The notes under the pieces were generated by a model. That model did no database searches and was not told where the DNA came from. It saw only the letters and a program-made list of their open reading frames with translations. This document shows positions 47,343 to 57,261 of a stretch of DNA of 64,000 nucleotides, piece by piece. Position numbers and translations under genes: made by a program. Each line of letters opens with the position of its first letter. Position 1 is the first letter of the stretch. Location: the NCBI RefSeq assembly GCF_913054185.1, contig NZ_CAJXIV010000005.1:7253-71252 (forward strand). The letters are read 5' to 3'. Origin of the DNA: an uncultured Shimia sp. (GTDB lineage: Bacteria > Pseudomonadota > Alphaproteobacteria > Rhodobacterales > Rhodobacteraceae).

Positions 47343-47657
47343 ATGAAATTGGAAGAAATGGGTCGTGAAGAGTTGATTGACCTGCGGGCGCGGATTGATA
47401 TCCAACTCGAAAAACGCGAAGCACAACGCAAAACGGATGCTTTGAAAGCCATTGAAGAAGCCGCCGAAAAATACGGTTTCTCCCTGGAAGAACTGGCCAG
47501 TGTAACCGGCAAAAAGCGCGGCGGCCTGATGAAAGGCGTGCCAAAATACGCGCATCCCGACGACAAAACCAAAACCTGGACCGGCAAAGGCCGCAAACCC
47601 AAATGGTTTGACGAAGCGCTGGCCGCTGGTATCGCGCCGGACGCCATGGAAATCTAA
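47343..47657 (+). CDS. hns: H-NS family nucleoid protein (HvrA-like)
   Basis: N-terminal coiled coil, YGFSLEEL, PKYAHP, TWTGKGRKPKW. Confidence 0.92.
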   Translation: MKLEEMGREELIDLRARIDIQLEKREAQRKTDALKAIEEAAEKYGFSLEELASVTGKKRGGLMKGVPKYAHPDDKTKTWTGKGRKPKWFDEALAAGIAPDAMEI

Positions 47658-47681
47658 GCCTGCCTGAAAGGCTCCAAACAC

Positions 47682-47727
47682 AAAGCCGAAGCGCGTTGAG
47701 ACACGCCGCTTCGGCTTTTTCTTTTTT
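47682..47727 (+). terminator. Intrinsic terminator after hns
   Basis: AAAGCCGAAGCG / CGCTTCGGCTTT stem then TTCTTTTTT. Confidence 0.8.
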
Positions 47728-47849
47728 CAACAGATGTTTTTCAGATTTTCGACTTGTCCCTCGCTACAATTTTGAGCATCTGATTCACTCTTATACGTTT
47801 GCACATGCTGCAAACCTCCCCGCCCATAGAAAAACACAAAGGAATTGTC

Positions 47850-48554
47850 ATGACCGTACATATTGGAGCCCAACCCGGAGACATCGCAGAAACCGTTCTT
47901 CTGCCTGGCGATCCTTACCGCGCCAAATGGGCGGCGGACACATTCCTGACCGACGTGAAACTGGTGAACGAAGTGCGTGGCATGCTGGGCTTCACTGGCA
48001 TGTGGAAAGGCAACCGCGTCACCATCCACGGCTCCGGCATGGGTATGCCCTCGCTCTCCATCTACGTGAACGAGCTGATCAAAGACTACGGCGCCAAAAC
48101 CCTGATCCGCATCGGCTCCTGCGGCGGCATGCAAGACAGCGTGAAAGTGCGTGACGTGATTGTTGCCATGACCGCAACCACGCTCTCCACCCCATCGCGC
48201 GGCATTTTCAAAGAATTGAACTTCGCCCCTTGCGCCGATTACAGCCTGCTGCGCGCCGCAGCTGACGCGGCAGAGGCCAAAGGCACTGCCACGCACGTGG
48301 GCGGCATCTACAGTTCCGACGTGTTCTACGACGAGCGCCCGGACCTGACCGAGCAGATGACCCGCCACGGCATCCTTGGCGTCGAGATGGAAGCTGCCGA
48401 GCTTTACAACCTTGCCGCCCGCCACGGTCGTCGCGCGCTAGCGGTTCTGACCGTGTCTGACCATCTGCTGACCGGCGAAGCCCTGCCCTCTGAGGACCGC
48501 GAAAAGACCTTTGGCGACATGGTTGAAATCGCGCTCGAAGCCGCCTTCGCCTGA
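47850..48554 (+). CDS. deoD: Purine-nucleoside phosphorylase
   Basis: [57 protein letters not shown]. Confidence 0.96.
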   Translation: MTVHIGAQPGDIAETVLLPGDPYRAKWAADTFLTDVKLVNEVRGMLGFTGMWKGNRVTIHGSGMGMPSLSIYVNELIKDYGAKTLIRIGSCGGMQDSVKVRDVIVAMTATTLSTPSRGIFKELNFAPCADYSLLRAAADAAEAKGTATHVGGIYSSDVFYDERPDLTEQMTRHGILGVEMEAAELYNLAARHGRRALAVLTVSDHLLTGEALPSEDREKTFGDMVEIALEAAFA

Positions 48555-48569
48555 TCCGCAACACATCCC

Positions 48570-48608
48570 GTCAGGCGGCCGCGCACATCTTGCGACAGGC
48601 CGCCTGAC
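48570..48608. other. Intergenic inverted repeat
   Basis: GTCAGGCGGCC-N17-GGCCGCCTGAC. Confidence 0.45.
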
Positions 48609-48665
48609 ATGCCACACACGCCCCTAACCGCTGCACCCGCAGCCCAACGACACAAGGGGCCCTCC

Positions 48666-49331
48666 ATGACACGTGTATTGCAAGCTCAACGCAAGGAACC
48701 GGTTTCCGGCGAAACCCGCTCTGCGGTGATTTTCCTGCACGGCTACGGCGCCAACGGGGCCGACCTGATGGGATTGGCCGATCCGCTTGCCGAGCACCTG
48801 CCAGACACGTTGTTCCTGGCCCCCGACGCGCCGGAAGAAATCCCCGGCATGCCAATGGGCCGTCAATGGTTCCCAATCCCCTGGATCGACGGCTCTTCTG
48901 AAGAAGAAAGCGAACGTGGCATGATGGCCGCTGTCGAAGATCTCAACGCCTTCCTGGATGCGGTCATGGTTGACGAAGACCTGCTGCCCGAACAGGTTGT
49001 GCTTCTTGGCTTCTCCCAAGGCACCATGATGAGCCTACATGTGGCGCCCCGCCGCGAAGATGAGATGGCTGGCATTGTGGCTTTCTCCGGTCGCCTGCTG
49101 CAACCGGACCTGCTCAAAGACGAAGCCGTCAGCAAACCGCCAATCCTGCTGATCCACGGCGATCAGGACGATGTGGTGCCGCCACAGTCACTGCCCGAAG
49201 CCGCCGAGGCCCTGCAAGAGGCCGGCTTTAGTGATGTCTACGCCCACATCATGAAGGGCACAGCCCACGGCATCGCCCCGGATGGCCTGAGCGTGGCCCT
49301 CGCCTTTATGCGCGACAAACTGGGCCTTTAA
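48666..49331 (+). CDS. Phospholipase/carboxylesterase (alpha/beta hydrolase)
   Basis: VIFLHGYGANGADL, QWFPI, GFSQG nucleophile, HGDQDDVVP, HGIAPDG. Confidence 0.9.
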   Translation: MTRVLQAQRKEPVSGETRSAVIFLHGYGANGADLMGLADPLAEHLPDTLFLAPDAPEEIPGMPMGRQWFPIPWIDGSSEEESERGMMAAVEDLNAFLDAVMVDEDLLPEQVVLLGFSQGTMMSLHVAPRREDEMAGIVAFSGRLLQPDLLKDEAVSKPPILLIHGDQDDVVPPQSLPEAAEALQEAGFSDVYAHIMKGTAHGIAPDGLSVALAFMRDKLGL

Positions 49332-49370
49332 GGCCACGGGCTGCGCATTTTCGCAACAATCTCAAAGCCT

Positions 49371-49395
49371 GTGGCGCAAAAGTGTTTTGCGCCAC
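49371..49395. promoter_or_regulatory. Perfect 11-bp inverted repeat upstream of outer-membrane protein gene
   Basis: GTGGCGCAAAA-GTG-TTTTGCGCCAC, no U tail. Confidence 0.4.
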
Positions 49396-49474
49396 CTGCC
49401 CGCTGCGGTAGGAAAATATAAGATTTGATGAATTGGATTTTATTGTGTTGCACGCCATCAGCCCCAAACCGTCT

Positions 49475-51127
49475 TTGTTCTGCCTGACCGCCCGGCGTGC
49501 AAAACTCGCAGGGTTTCTTTGCGCCACGGCACTTGTGCCCGCGCAGACCGTCCTTGCCCAAAGCGTAAACCCACTGGACAACGGCCCCACCCGCATCGGT
49601 TCGTTTGAAACCGGTAATATGTATGACGCCGGCACGCTGGAGCTCAACGTCGGAGCCCGTCAAACCAGCCCAAGCGACCGCGCTGGCACTGGCAACCAAA
49701 ATTATCACGGCGGCGGATCTTACGCGTTTACCGATCGCTTTGCGCTTGGTCTGGAATTGCAAAACTACATCGACCCGGTTGGCGGCCCCATCGATGGGTT
49801 TCCCGGTGTTGGCCCAGAACGCATTCCTCAGCTGGAAACCAACCAAATTGCCCTCTGGGGCAAATACCAGCTCTACAAAGACGACAGGTGGGCCATCGCC
49901 GCGCTTGGCTCTGCCGAGGTCTTTACCAAAATGCAGACGGATCTCTGGGGCAGCTGGTTCCGCCCCCAGTCCAACGTCACCATCGGCGCTCTCAAAATGC
50001 CGATCACTTACACGCTCAATCCCAAATGGCAGTTTCACCTGACGCCCGGCATAGCCTTGGGCCCGGATGAAATCGACGGCGGTCAGTTCTATGGCAACAT
50101 GATCACAATGGGTGCCGGGGTGTCTTACCGCCCGCACCCACGACTGGCCCTGTTTGGCACAGTCGAGTCCCCCCTAAACGCAGAAAACACCATTGCCAGT
50201 AGCGGCGAATGGGTGACTGAGCCGGTTTGGACCGCCGGTGGTCGGTACAACGTCACCCCCCGGGTCGCATTTGAAGGGTATGTCACCAACGGCTTCGGCA
50301 TTTCGCCGGCCACCAGCACATGGGCCTTTTGGCCAGACGGCGACCACGTAATGGTTGGCGGGCGCCTGATTTACACACCGGGCGACAAACGGGACGAGAG
50401 CTACCGCACGTTGTCTCTGCCCACAACACAGCCGCAACTCAATGCCCAACAGGACGGCTTCACACTGGGATCTGCCGCAACGCTGGAACCTGGCCTGCTG
50501 CGCACAGATCTCTGGTACGGCAGTGACAACAACGCCGGTGCGTCGATCAATTTCAGCCCAGACCGGGACGTTGAGCTCCAGTTCATTTTTGAACAGTTCT
50601 CCGACAACACCACAGCCGACGCCAATCTGGTCCCCACCACCCATGTACGCTACATGATTGGGCCAAAACTGCGCCTGATGGATCAGAACAACGGCAATCC
50701 GTTCTCTCTTGCCGGGCGCATGCTGTATGGCCGCCAGATCAGCTCTTCCTCTCAAAAAGTTGGTGTGTTCTTCACCGACCTGACCGCCAATTACAAAGCC
50801 CGCAACGGTTTTTCCTTCACTGCAAGCCCCAAGATTGCCGCTTGGGGCAGCACAGAGCTTGTCGGTTTGGGCATGGGCATAGGCTATAACTTTGGCAATG
50901 GTCTCGAGCTGATGGCAGAGGCCACGCCGATCGGCCGTGATGGCAGCGAAACCACCTGGGCGGCCGGCGCGCGCTACCACCTCGGTCAATCCGGTTTCTC
51001 TGTGGATGCGCAAGCGACCAACGCGATTGGCCGGCACGGCATAGGCAGCATGATTGCGCAAGACGACACACGGTTTGCACTGACCCTATCCAAAACCTTC
51101 GATATCTCCGGTGCGAAATTCTGGTAA
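49475..51127 (+). CDS. Putative outer-membrane protein with two tandem beta-barrel-like repeats (start uncertain, TTG 49475 assumed)
   Basis: Signal peptide ending VLA-Q; alternating aromatic/Gly strands; duplicated motifs WTAGGRY/WAAGARY and YVTNGFG/QATNAIG; ends in KFW. Confidence 0.68.
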   Translation: MFCLTARRAKLAGFLCATALVPAQTVLAQSVNPLDNGPTRIGSFETGNMYDAGTLELNVGARQTSPSDRAGTGNQNYHGGGSYAFTDRFALGLELQNYIDPVGGPIDGFPGVGPERIPQLETNQIALWGKYQLYKDDRWAIAALGSAEVFTKMQTDLWGSWFRPQSNVTIGALKMPITYTLNPKWQFHLTPGIALGPDEIDGGQFYGNMITMGAGVSYRPHPRLALFGTVESPLNAENTIASSGEWVTEPVWTAGGRYNVTPRVAFEGYVTNGFGISPATSTWAFWPDGDHVMVGGRLIYTPGDKRDESYRTLSLPTTQPQLNAQQDGFTLGSAATLEPGLLRTDLWYGSDNNAGASINFSPDRDVELQFIFEQFSDNTTADANLVPTTHVRYMIGPKLRLMDQNNGNPFSLAGRMLYGRQISSSSQKVGVFFTDLTANYKARNGFSFTASPKIAAWGSTELVGLGMGIGYNFGNGLELMAEATPIGRDGSETTWAAGARYHLGQSGFSVDAQATNAIGRHGIGSMIAQDDTRFALTLSKTFDISGAKFW

Positions 51128-51155
51128 TCGACCGCTTCATCGCTGAAAATTAAAG

Positions 51156-51184
51156 TCGCCCCGCCTCAAATACAGGTGGGGCGA
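51156..51184 (+). terminator. Hairpin after outer-membrane protein gene
   Basis: TCGCCCCGCCT / AGGTGGGGCGA stem then TTGCGTTT. Confidence 0.55.
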
Positions 51185-51358
51185 TTGCGTTTCAGGCACC
51201 AGACGTCACAATTCCGTCATCCACCCCTGCCATGCTGCAACTGCCACATCACAAATGCCGCAAACGCACATTGTGAGGCTTGTCAGAATGAGACCACGAG
51301 ATATAGTAGATGTAGGCCTCGTGCCACTGCGGCACGAACGCAGCGAGGGAACACCCTT

Positions 51359-51943
51359 ATGGACGGCGACTTTAGGACGGAATTTACGCGACATCCTGGC
51401 GGATTGAAGCATCATCCGGCATTGGTGCTCAATGCGGACTACCGCCCCCTCTCCTACTACCCTCTGTCACTATGGCCTTGGCAGGACGCCATCAAAGCCG
51501 CCTACATGGATCGGGTCGATATTGTGGCTGAATACGACCATGTGGTGCGCAGCCCCTCCACAGAAATACGGATCCCCTCTGTTGTGGTTCTCAAAGACTA
51601 TGTAAAATTACAAAAGCGCGTGGCCTTCACGCGCTTTAATCTTTTTCTGCGGGACGGTTTTAGTTGCCAGTATTGCGGCTCGCGGGGAGACCTGACATTT
51701 GACCACGTCATTCCACGCGCCGCAGGCGGGATCACTAGCTGGGAGAATGTGGTCGCGGCCTGTTCCCCCTGCAACCTCAAGAAGGGCTCCAAAAGCCTGC
51801 GACAGATCGGCATGAGCCTGCGCAAACCACCGCGTCAGCCCGGGTCTGAGGAACTGCGCAACATCGGGCGCAAATTCCCACCCAATTTCTTGCATGAAAG
51901 CTGGATGGACTACCTCTATTGGGACGCGGAACTCGACGCCTGA
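51359..51943 (+). CDS. HNH endonuclease family protein
   Basis: LVLNADYRP, RFNLFLRDGFSCQYCG, TFDHVIPR..GG, NVVAACSPCNLKKG. Confidence 0.9.
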   Translation: MDGDFRTEFTRHPGGLKHHPALVLNADYRPLSYYPLSLWPWQDAIKAAYMDRVDIVAEYDHVVRSPSTEIRIPSVVVLKDYVKLQKRVAFTRFNLFLRDGFSCQYCGSRGDLTFDHVIPRAAGGITSWENVVAACSPCNLKKGSKSLRQIGMSLRKPPRQPGSEELRNIGRKFPPNFLHESWMDYLYWDAELDA

Positions 51944-52044
51944 CACATCACGTGAAAAGCGTTAATGCGCCCCAGAGCCAAAAACTGCGCACCTCCGCAA
52001 AACAGTCGTGATACTGACGCTTTACCGACGTGGTTTTTTGCAGG

Positions 52045-52905
52045 TTAACGCCCCACTCCATGGCTCCGATCGTAGCCATTGACCGCGGGCGATCTCCAGC
52101 CCTCCAACGAACCTTCCTCCGGCGCAAACACCTCCACCAGCATCGGGTAACACGCCGCCGTATCAGAGCTGTGTTCACTGGAACAATCGCCCCCCGGACA
52201 AGCACTTAGAGCCCCCAACAGGTCAATTTCGGCAAAGAACTCCAGATAGTCCCCCGGCCGCACCGGACTGGCTTTCATGAAGTACTGCCCCGTGTCACGT
52301 GTGAACCCCGTGCACATAAAAACATTAAGAACATCATGCACATAGGGCTCCGCCTCATAAAGTGACATCCCCGTGTGTGCCGCCAAAGCGCGCGTCAGAT
52401 TGGAGTGGCAGCAGTAGTGATACTGATCTCCATTCAATAAGTTACCAGTATAGGGATCGCAGCGCGTGCCAATCACGTCATGCACAGAGCCGCCATACGC
52501 ATCGATCCCGTACCACCCCAAAGTGTCCTCCACAATGGTCGCCATCGGCCGCAGGGTCGGCAAGCTGGTCCACATCCTCTCGCCGGTTGTGATGTGCGTA
52601 CCGTGCAAAGCTCTTGTTTTACCAGAGAAAAACCGCTCACTTAGGTCTTTTGAGTTCCACAGATTCAAGTCACCAACCTGCGGCCCTTCCACCGAGGAAA
52701 TCCGAAAAAACTGCCCTGCAGGCACCTCAAAACACCGCGCATCCCGCGCCGGAATCAACACCTCGTCAACCTTCTCGGCAGTCTCTCGCGCCGCTTTGTA
52801 AAGCGCCAGCGGCACCTTCGGCAGCGTCTCATTTGGGTAGCAAATCACCGGCGCAATCGCGCGGCGGTCGTCGGCATCAGCGGGGGGCAAAGGCATGTCT
52901 GTCAT
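52045..52905 (-). CDS. Urea-carboxylase-associated (DUF1989) family protein
   Basis: EGPQVGDLNLW, FSGKTR, HDVIGTRCDP, CHSNL, HDVLNVFM, LGALSACPGGD. Confidence 0.85.
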   Translation of the reverse strand: MTDMPLPPADADDRRAIAPVICYPNETLPKVPLALYKAARETAEKVDEVLIPARDARCFEVPAGQFFRISSVEGPQVGDLNLWNSKDLSERFFSGKTRALHGTHITTGERMWTSLPTLRPMATIVEDTLGWYGIDAYGGSVHDVIGTRCDPYTGNLLNGDQYHYCCHSNLTRALAAHTGMSLYEAEPYVHDVLNVFMCTGFTRDTGQYFMKASPVRPGDYLEFFAEIDLLGALSACPGGDCSSEHSSDTAACYPMLVEVFAPEEGSLEGWRSPAVNGYDRSHGVGR

Positions 52906-52954
52906 GCCCCGATCCTGCCCCCGACCAAACGGTCTTGCAATGCAAAAAACCGTG

Positions 52955-53389
52955 TTATTTCACAGTGATGGTGATCACCTCAGACACAACCGGCGGGTTG
53001 TGTGGAACGTGAAACTCATCCCCCAAAACAAGCTGCAATGTGTGTGTTCCCGCAGGCAAATCCAAGGTTACTTCGGTTTGACCACCACCAAAATGCTTGT
53101 GATTGTCATCCGTTGGCACACCGTTCTCCATCAACTCCGTATCCTCAGCCCCTTCGCCCAAGGGCGGGCGGTTGATGAAAATATGATGGTGTCCGGTGTT
53201 TTCTTTCTCTGTTCCGGCAGGAGCAACCCCCATGCCAGACAACCCAAAATTCACCACAAACGGCGCTTCCACAGAATCGCCATCACTGAGATTTATGAAG
53301 TAGACCATTGCCCCATCCGCCGACGGCGTATCCCCTGCAAAAGCCTGGGAACTCAGCATAATTGCCAAAGCAGCTACAAATTTCTTCAT
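52955..53389 (-). CDS. DUF4399 secreted protein
   Basis: Signal peptide AFA-G; VYFINL.DG, FGLSGMGVAPAG, TGHHHI, HFGGGQTE, GTHTLQLVLGD..HVPHNPP. Confidence 0.85.
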   Translation of the reverse strand: MKKFVAALAIMLSSQAFAGDTPSADGAMVYFINLSDGDSVEAPFVVNFGLSGMGVAPAGTEKENTGHHHIFINRPPLGEGAEDTELMENGVPTDDNHKHFGGGQTEVTLDLPAGTHTLQLVLGDEFHVPHNPPVVSEVITITVK

Positions 53390-53396
53390 CACATTT

Positions 53397-53425
53397 CCTC
53401 CGAACTCTTAAACAATGTTCGGAGG
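53397..53425 (-). promoter_or_regulatory. Shine-Dalgarno-occluding hairpin in DUF4399 leader
   Basis: Minus strand CCTCCGAAC-N11-GTTCGGAGG-AAATGTG-ATG. Confidence 0.55.
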
Positions 53426-53447
53426 ATAACACACATCCCAAGGCTAT

Positions 53448-55088
53448 CTAAACGCTCCGGCCTGCAGCCCGCCCAGAGAAGATACAGCCGCCAAGGAACG
53501 TACCTTCCAAGGCGTTGTAGCCATGATACCCACCGCCGCCAAAACCCGCGACCTCTCCAGCCGCAAACAGCCCTTCAAACGCCCTGCCGTCCGGCCGCAG
53601 CACTTGCCCGGTGACATCCGTATGCAGCCCACCTAGGGACTTACGCGTCAGGATATTCAGCCGCACCGCAATTAGTGGTCCGTTGGCTTGATCCAGAATG
53701 CGGTGCGGCTTGGCGGTCCGGATTAGCCGATCCCCACGATAGCTGCGCGCGCCGCGAATGGCTGTCACCTGAGCATCCTTGCAATACTCATTGTCAATCT
53801 GCGCATCCCGCGCCTCAATCTGAGATCGAATTTTCTCAAGTGTCACAGGCACATCCGGCGTGACTTTGTTCATTCCGGCAACCAGTTCTTCCAACGAGTT
53901 GGCCACAACAAAATCTTCGCCGTGCTCCTTGAACGCCTCAACAGGCCCCGGCGCACCTTTGTTCATCACCCGTCGCTTAAGCACCTCCGACCACTTGCCA
54001 GACGTCAGGTCCGGATTCTGCTCAGACCCAGACAGAGCGAACTCCTTTTCGATGATCTTTTGGGTCAGAATGAACCAGCTATGTTCATGACCCGTCGACA
54101 AAATCCGCTTTAGCGTGCCCAAGCTGTCAAACCCTGGCAAATACGGCGCTTCCATTCGGTCTCCCAGGGCATCAAACCACATCGAGCTTGGTCCCGGCAG
54201 AATACGGATGCCGTGATTGGGCCAAATCGGATCCCAGTTCGCCAGCCCCTCAGTATAGTGCCACATGCGGTCAGCATTGATGATCCCAGCCCCAGCCCCT
54301 TCGGCTACGCGCTGCATCTGCCCATCCACATAGTCCGGCACACCGGCCACCATACGTTGTGGCACTTTTCCAAGCCGGTCCTCCGGCCAGTAGCGTCGCA
54401 CCATGTCATGGTCGCCACCAATGCCGCCAGAAGTGATCACCACCGCCTCCGCGCGGTGTTCAAAGTCGCCCACGACCTCACGGGATGTGGATCGTCCTCG
54501 CTCTGCCGCGTCATCAGACAAAACATGCCCTCGCACACCTTTGACAACGCCATTTTCCACAATCAAGTCAGCGACTTTATGCCGAAACGCCAATTCCACA
54601 CGCCCGCCGGAAACATGCTCCCGCACCAGCCTTTCAAACGGTGCCACAACGCCCGGTCCCGTGCCCCAAGTGATGTGAAACCGTGGCACCGAATTGCCAT
54701 GCCCATGCGCCATCTCACCACCGCGCTCGGCCCAGCCCACAATTGGGAACCAGCGCATGCCGATGTCCTGCAACCACGTGCGCATCTCGCCCGAACAGAA
54801 TTCCAGATAGCCTTCCGCAACCTTGCGTGGATTTGCGTCCTCCGGCCGGTCAAACTGCGCAGAGCCTATCCAATCCGCCATCGCCAGATCCGGACTGTCT
54901 TTGATGCCCATGCGCCGCTGTTCTGGCGTATCCACCATAAACAACCCGCCCAGAGACCAAAACGCCTGCCCACCCAGGCTCTGTTCGCCTTCCTGATCCA
55001 GCAGCAGCACCTGACGCCCCCGGCTCGCCGCCTCATTGGCCGCCACAAGCCCTGCCAGGCCGCCGCCCACGATGATCACATCGGTCAT
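53448..55088 (-). CDS. FAD-binding dehydrogenase (KsdD-like, COG3573 type)
   Basis: VIIVGGGLAG, LGGQAFWSLGGLF, WFPIVGWAERG, HGNSVPRFHITWGTG, TRKSLGG, GYNALEGTFLGGC. Start at ATG 55088. Confidence 0.88.
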   Translation of the reverse strand: MTDVIIVGGGLAGLVAANEAASRGRQVLLLDQEGEQSLGGQAFWSLGGLFMVDTPEQRRMGIKDSPDLAMADWIGSAQFDRPEDANPRKVAEGYLEFCSGEMRTWLQDIGMRWFPIVGWAERGGEMAHGHGNSVPRFHITWGTGPGVVAPFERLVREHVSGGRVELAFRHKVADLIVENGVVKGVRGHVLSDDAAERGRSTSREVVGDFEHRAEAVVITSGGIGGDHDMVRRYWPEDRLGKVPQRMVAGVPDYVDGQMQRVAEGAGAGIINADRMWHYTEGLANWDPIWPNHGIRILPGPSSMWFDALGDRMEAPYLPGFDSLGTLKRILSTGHEHSWFILTQKIIEKEFALSGSEQNPDLTSGKWSEVLKRRVMNKGAPGPVEAFKEHGEDFVVANSLEELVAGMNKVTPDVPVTLEKIRSQIEARDAQIDNEYCKDAQVTAIRGARSYRGDRLIRTAKPHRILDQANGPLIAVRLNILTRKSLGGLHTDVTGQVLRPDGRAFEGLFAAGEVAGFGGGGYHGYNALEGTFLGGCIFSGRAAGRSV

Positions 55089-55170
55089 GGCACATCCTCC
55101 CCTGTTTCGGGAAAGGCTAGCCTCAGCTCCGCAAACCGCCAAGCCAGACCTAACGTCAGCGCCGCGTCCA

Positions 55171-55200
55171 AATAAAAAGCGCCCCGATACCTCGGAGCGC
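55171..55200 (-). terminator. Intrinsic terminator after 50-aa ORF
   Basis: Minus strand GCGCTCCGA-GGTA-TCGGGGCGC then TTTTTATT. Confidence 0.72.
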
Positions 55201-55223
55201 TATTCATCAGTTGTATGTCTGGC

Positions 55224-55376
55224 TTAAGCGGCTTTCACATACTCATAATATGTCTCGCTAGACGGTTTCACCTCTGCGATGCGCGGTGGCTGGGTATAGT
55301 AGCCATAGGCTTGTTCCAGGACTTCCTGCGCGCGGACGGCAAAATCTTCAGGGCTTTCGTTTTTAGACGCGGACAT
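55224..55376 (-). CDS. Unannotated 50-aa protein (MSASKNESPEDFAVRAQEVLEQAYGYYTQPPRIAEVKPSSETYYEYVKAA)
   Basis: GGAG 7 nt before ATG; own terminator downstream; sdhB terminator upstream; fills an otherwise empty gap. Confidence 0.62.
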   Translation of the reverse strand: MSASKNESPEDFAVRAQEVLEQAYGYYTQPPRIAEVKPSSETYYEYVKAA

Positions 55377-55510
55377 TGGTGCACTCCATGTAAATCCGGT
55401 GTCCTCCCTCGCCCGCCATTTTAAATTAGATTACGCACCCGTAAACCGCCGATCCTGCAATCACGCTATGCAAGAATTGCAAATGTATGCGGTGGGATAC
55501 ATCTTTGTCC

Positions 55511-55543
55511 AAAGAAAAAGCCCGCCTGAAACAGACGGGTTTT
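55511..55543 (-). terminator. Intrinsic terminator of sdh operon
   Basis: Minus strand ACCCGTCTG-TTT-CAGGCGGGC then TTTTTCTTT. Confidence 0.7.
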
Positions 55544-55564
55544 CCAAAACCTCTTCACATCAAT

Positions 55565-56344
55565 TTAGACGTGCCGTTCGATCAACATCTTCTTGATCTC
55601 GCCAATCGCCTTTGCCGGGTTCAATCCCTTTGGGCAGGTTTTGGCACAGTTCATGATGGTGTGGCAGCGGTACAGCTTGAAGGAATCTTCCAATTCGTCC
55701 AAGCGCTCGCCCGTCGCCTCATCGCGGCTGTCGATAATCCAGCGGTAGGCGTGCAACAGCGCTGCTGGGCCAAGGTATTTGTCGCCATTCCACCAGTAGC
55801 TTGGGCAGGAAGTGGAGCAAGACGCACACATCACACACTCATACAGCCCATCAAGTTTCTTGCGGTCTTCAATCGACTGGCGCCATTCTTTTGCCGGTCG
55901 GTTGGTTTTGGTTTCCAACCACGGCATGATCGACGCGTGCTGCGCGTAGAAGTGGGTCAGATCCGGGATCAGGTCTTTCACCACCGACATATGCGGCAGC
56001 GGGTAGATCTTCACGTCCCCTTTGACCTCATCCAAACCATAAATACAGGCCAGCGTGTTGATACCATCCACGTTCATCGCGCAGGACCCACAAATGCCTT
56101 CACGGCAAGACCGGCGGAAGGTCAGCGTTGGATCAATCTCATTTTTGATCTTGATCAGCGCATCCAAGATCATCGGGCCACACTTGTCCATATCGAGGAA
56201 ATATGTGTCGATCTGAGGGTTTTTACCGTCGTCCGGGTTCCAGCGATAAATCTGGAACTTGCGCACGTTGGTCGCACCTTCTGGCTTGGGCCAGGTCTTG
56301 CCGGTCACAATCCGACTGTTCTTGGGGAGGGCAAATTCGACCAT
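55565..56344 (-). CDS. sdhB: Succinate dehydrogenase iron-sulfur subunit
   Basis: [36 protein letters not shown]. Confidence 0.97.
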   Translation of the reverse strand: MVEFALPKNSRIVTGKTWPKPEGATNVRKFQIYRWNPDDGKNPQIDTYFLDMDKCGPMILDALIKIKNEIDPTLTFRRSCREGICGSCAMNVDGINTLACIYGLDEVKGDVKIYPLPHMSVVKDLIPDLTHFYAQHASIMPWLETKTNRPAKEWRQSIEDRKKLDGLYECVMCASCSTSCPSYWWNGDKYLGPAALLHAYRWIIDSRDEATGERLDELEDSFKLYRCHTIMNCAKTCPKGLNPAKAIGEIKKMLIERHV

Positions 56345-56396
56345 GGTCTTTCCTTCCTATACGTGGGCGCGCGCGATGCGCATACCTTCGTCCTGT

Positions 56397-57215
56397 TCAG
56401 GCTTTCTGCGATGGCATCGGACCATCGGCAAAAAGCGTTTGATTGTTCTTAATCAGCTCGGCCACCTGTTTGCGGACGGGCTGCGCGAGCGCCAACTGAT
56501 TGAGTTGACGCATAAACTCTAGAGCCCCGGGGTTGAGGCTTTGGTTGGACCGCCCTGCAAGCGGTTCCAACGTATCGATCTCGGCATCCAACAGCCCTGC
56601 AAAGCGCAACAACTGGCGACCTGGACGGTCTGGTGTGATCTCGTTCTCAAGGGCAAACACACGCACACGCTCCGCGCCTAGGAGACCGTGCATTTCTGCC
56701 TGCACCGCATCCCAATCCCGGCTACGCGCGGTTTCCTTGAGGAAATCCTCCAGCGTGCCTTCATAACCATCCGACTTCACTGCCTGGTTATGAACACTGC
56801 GCTTCCAGTTCTGCATATTCCGCGTGTACAGCACGTAGTCGGGCTCAAACGGCGCCAAATGGGTCTCAAACAAACGGATGATCTCAGTCAATCGCGGGGA
56901 AACTTCCCGTACATCGGACCGCCCCATCATCGCGCCACAGATGTTCTCGTGGCTGATGATGCAAACGCGATCATCACCTTCCAACTCCGCACGCACTTGC
57001 TGAAGCAGCGCAACCAAATCTGTTTCATGTTTGGCTGGGCGCATGCTGAACAGAGTACAAGCCCGGCCCAACTCTCGGGTCAGCGAGCCTTTGGATGGCA
57101 CCCGAATATCCAAGCGGTCTGCCAAAGCTTCAAGATTACGCGACAAAAAGCGATGCAGCGACGTTGATCCCGTCTTCTGCGCCCCAATATGCACGATCAC
57201 ACGACGAGACGACAT
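56397..57215 (-). CDS. Sulfotransferase-fold (P-loop) hypothetical protein
   Basis: VIVHIGAQKTGSTSL (HIGxxKTGST), IISHENI, LYTRN..W..SVHNQ. Confidence 0.62.
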   Translation of the reverse strand: MSSRRVIVHIGAQKTGSTSLHRFLSRNLEALADRLDIRVPSKGSLTRELGRACTLFSMRPAKHETDLVALLQQVRAELEGDDRVCIISHENICGAMMGRSDVREVSPRLTEIIRLFETHLAPFEPDYVLYTRNMQNWKRSVHNQAVKSDGYEGTLEDFLKETARSRDWDAVQAEMHGLLGAERVRVFALENEITPDRPGRQLLRFAGLLDAEIDTLEPLAGRSNQSLNPGALEFMRQLNQLALAQPVRKQVAELIKNNQTLFADGPMPSQKA

Positions 57216-57261
57216 CAGATGCCCCCCCGCAGCACAATGTGCAGATCATATGTCCCGCATG

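Noticed and set aside
51359-51943. HNH gene as a homing endonuclease or defence nuclease
   Set aside because: No intron, methylase or mobile context; it matches the ordinary stand-alone alphaproteobacterial HNH type.
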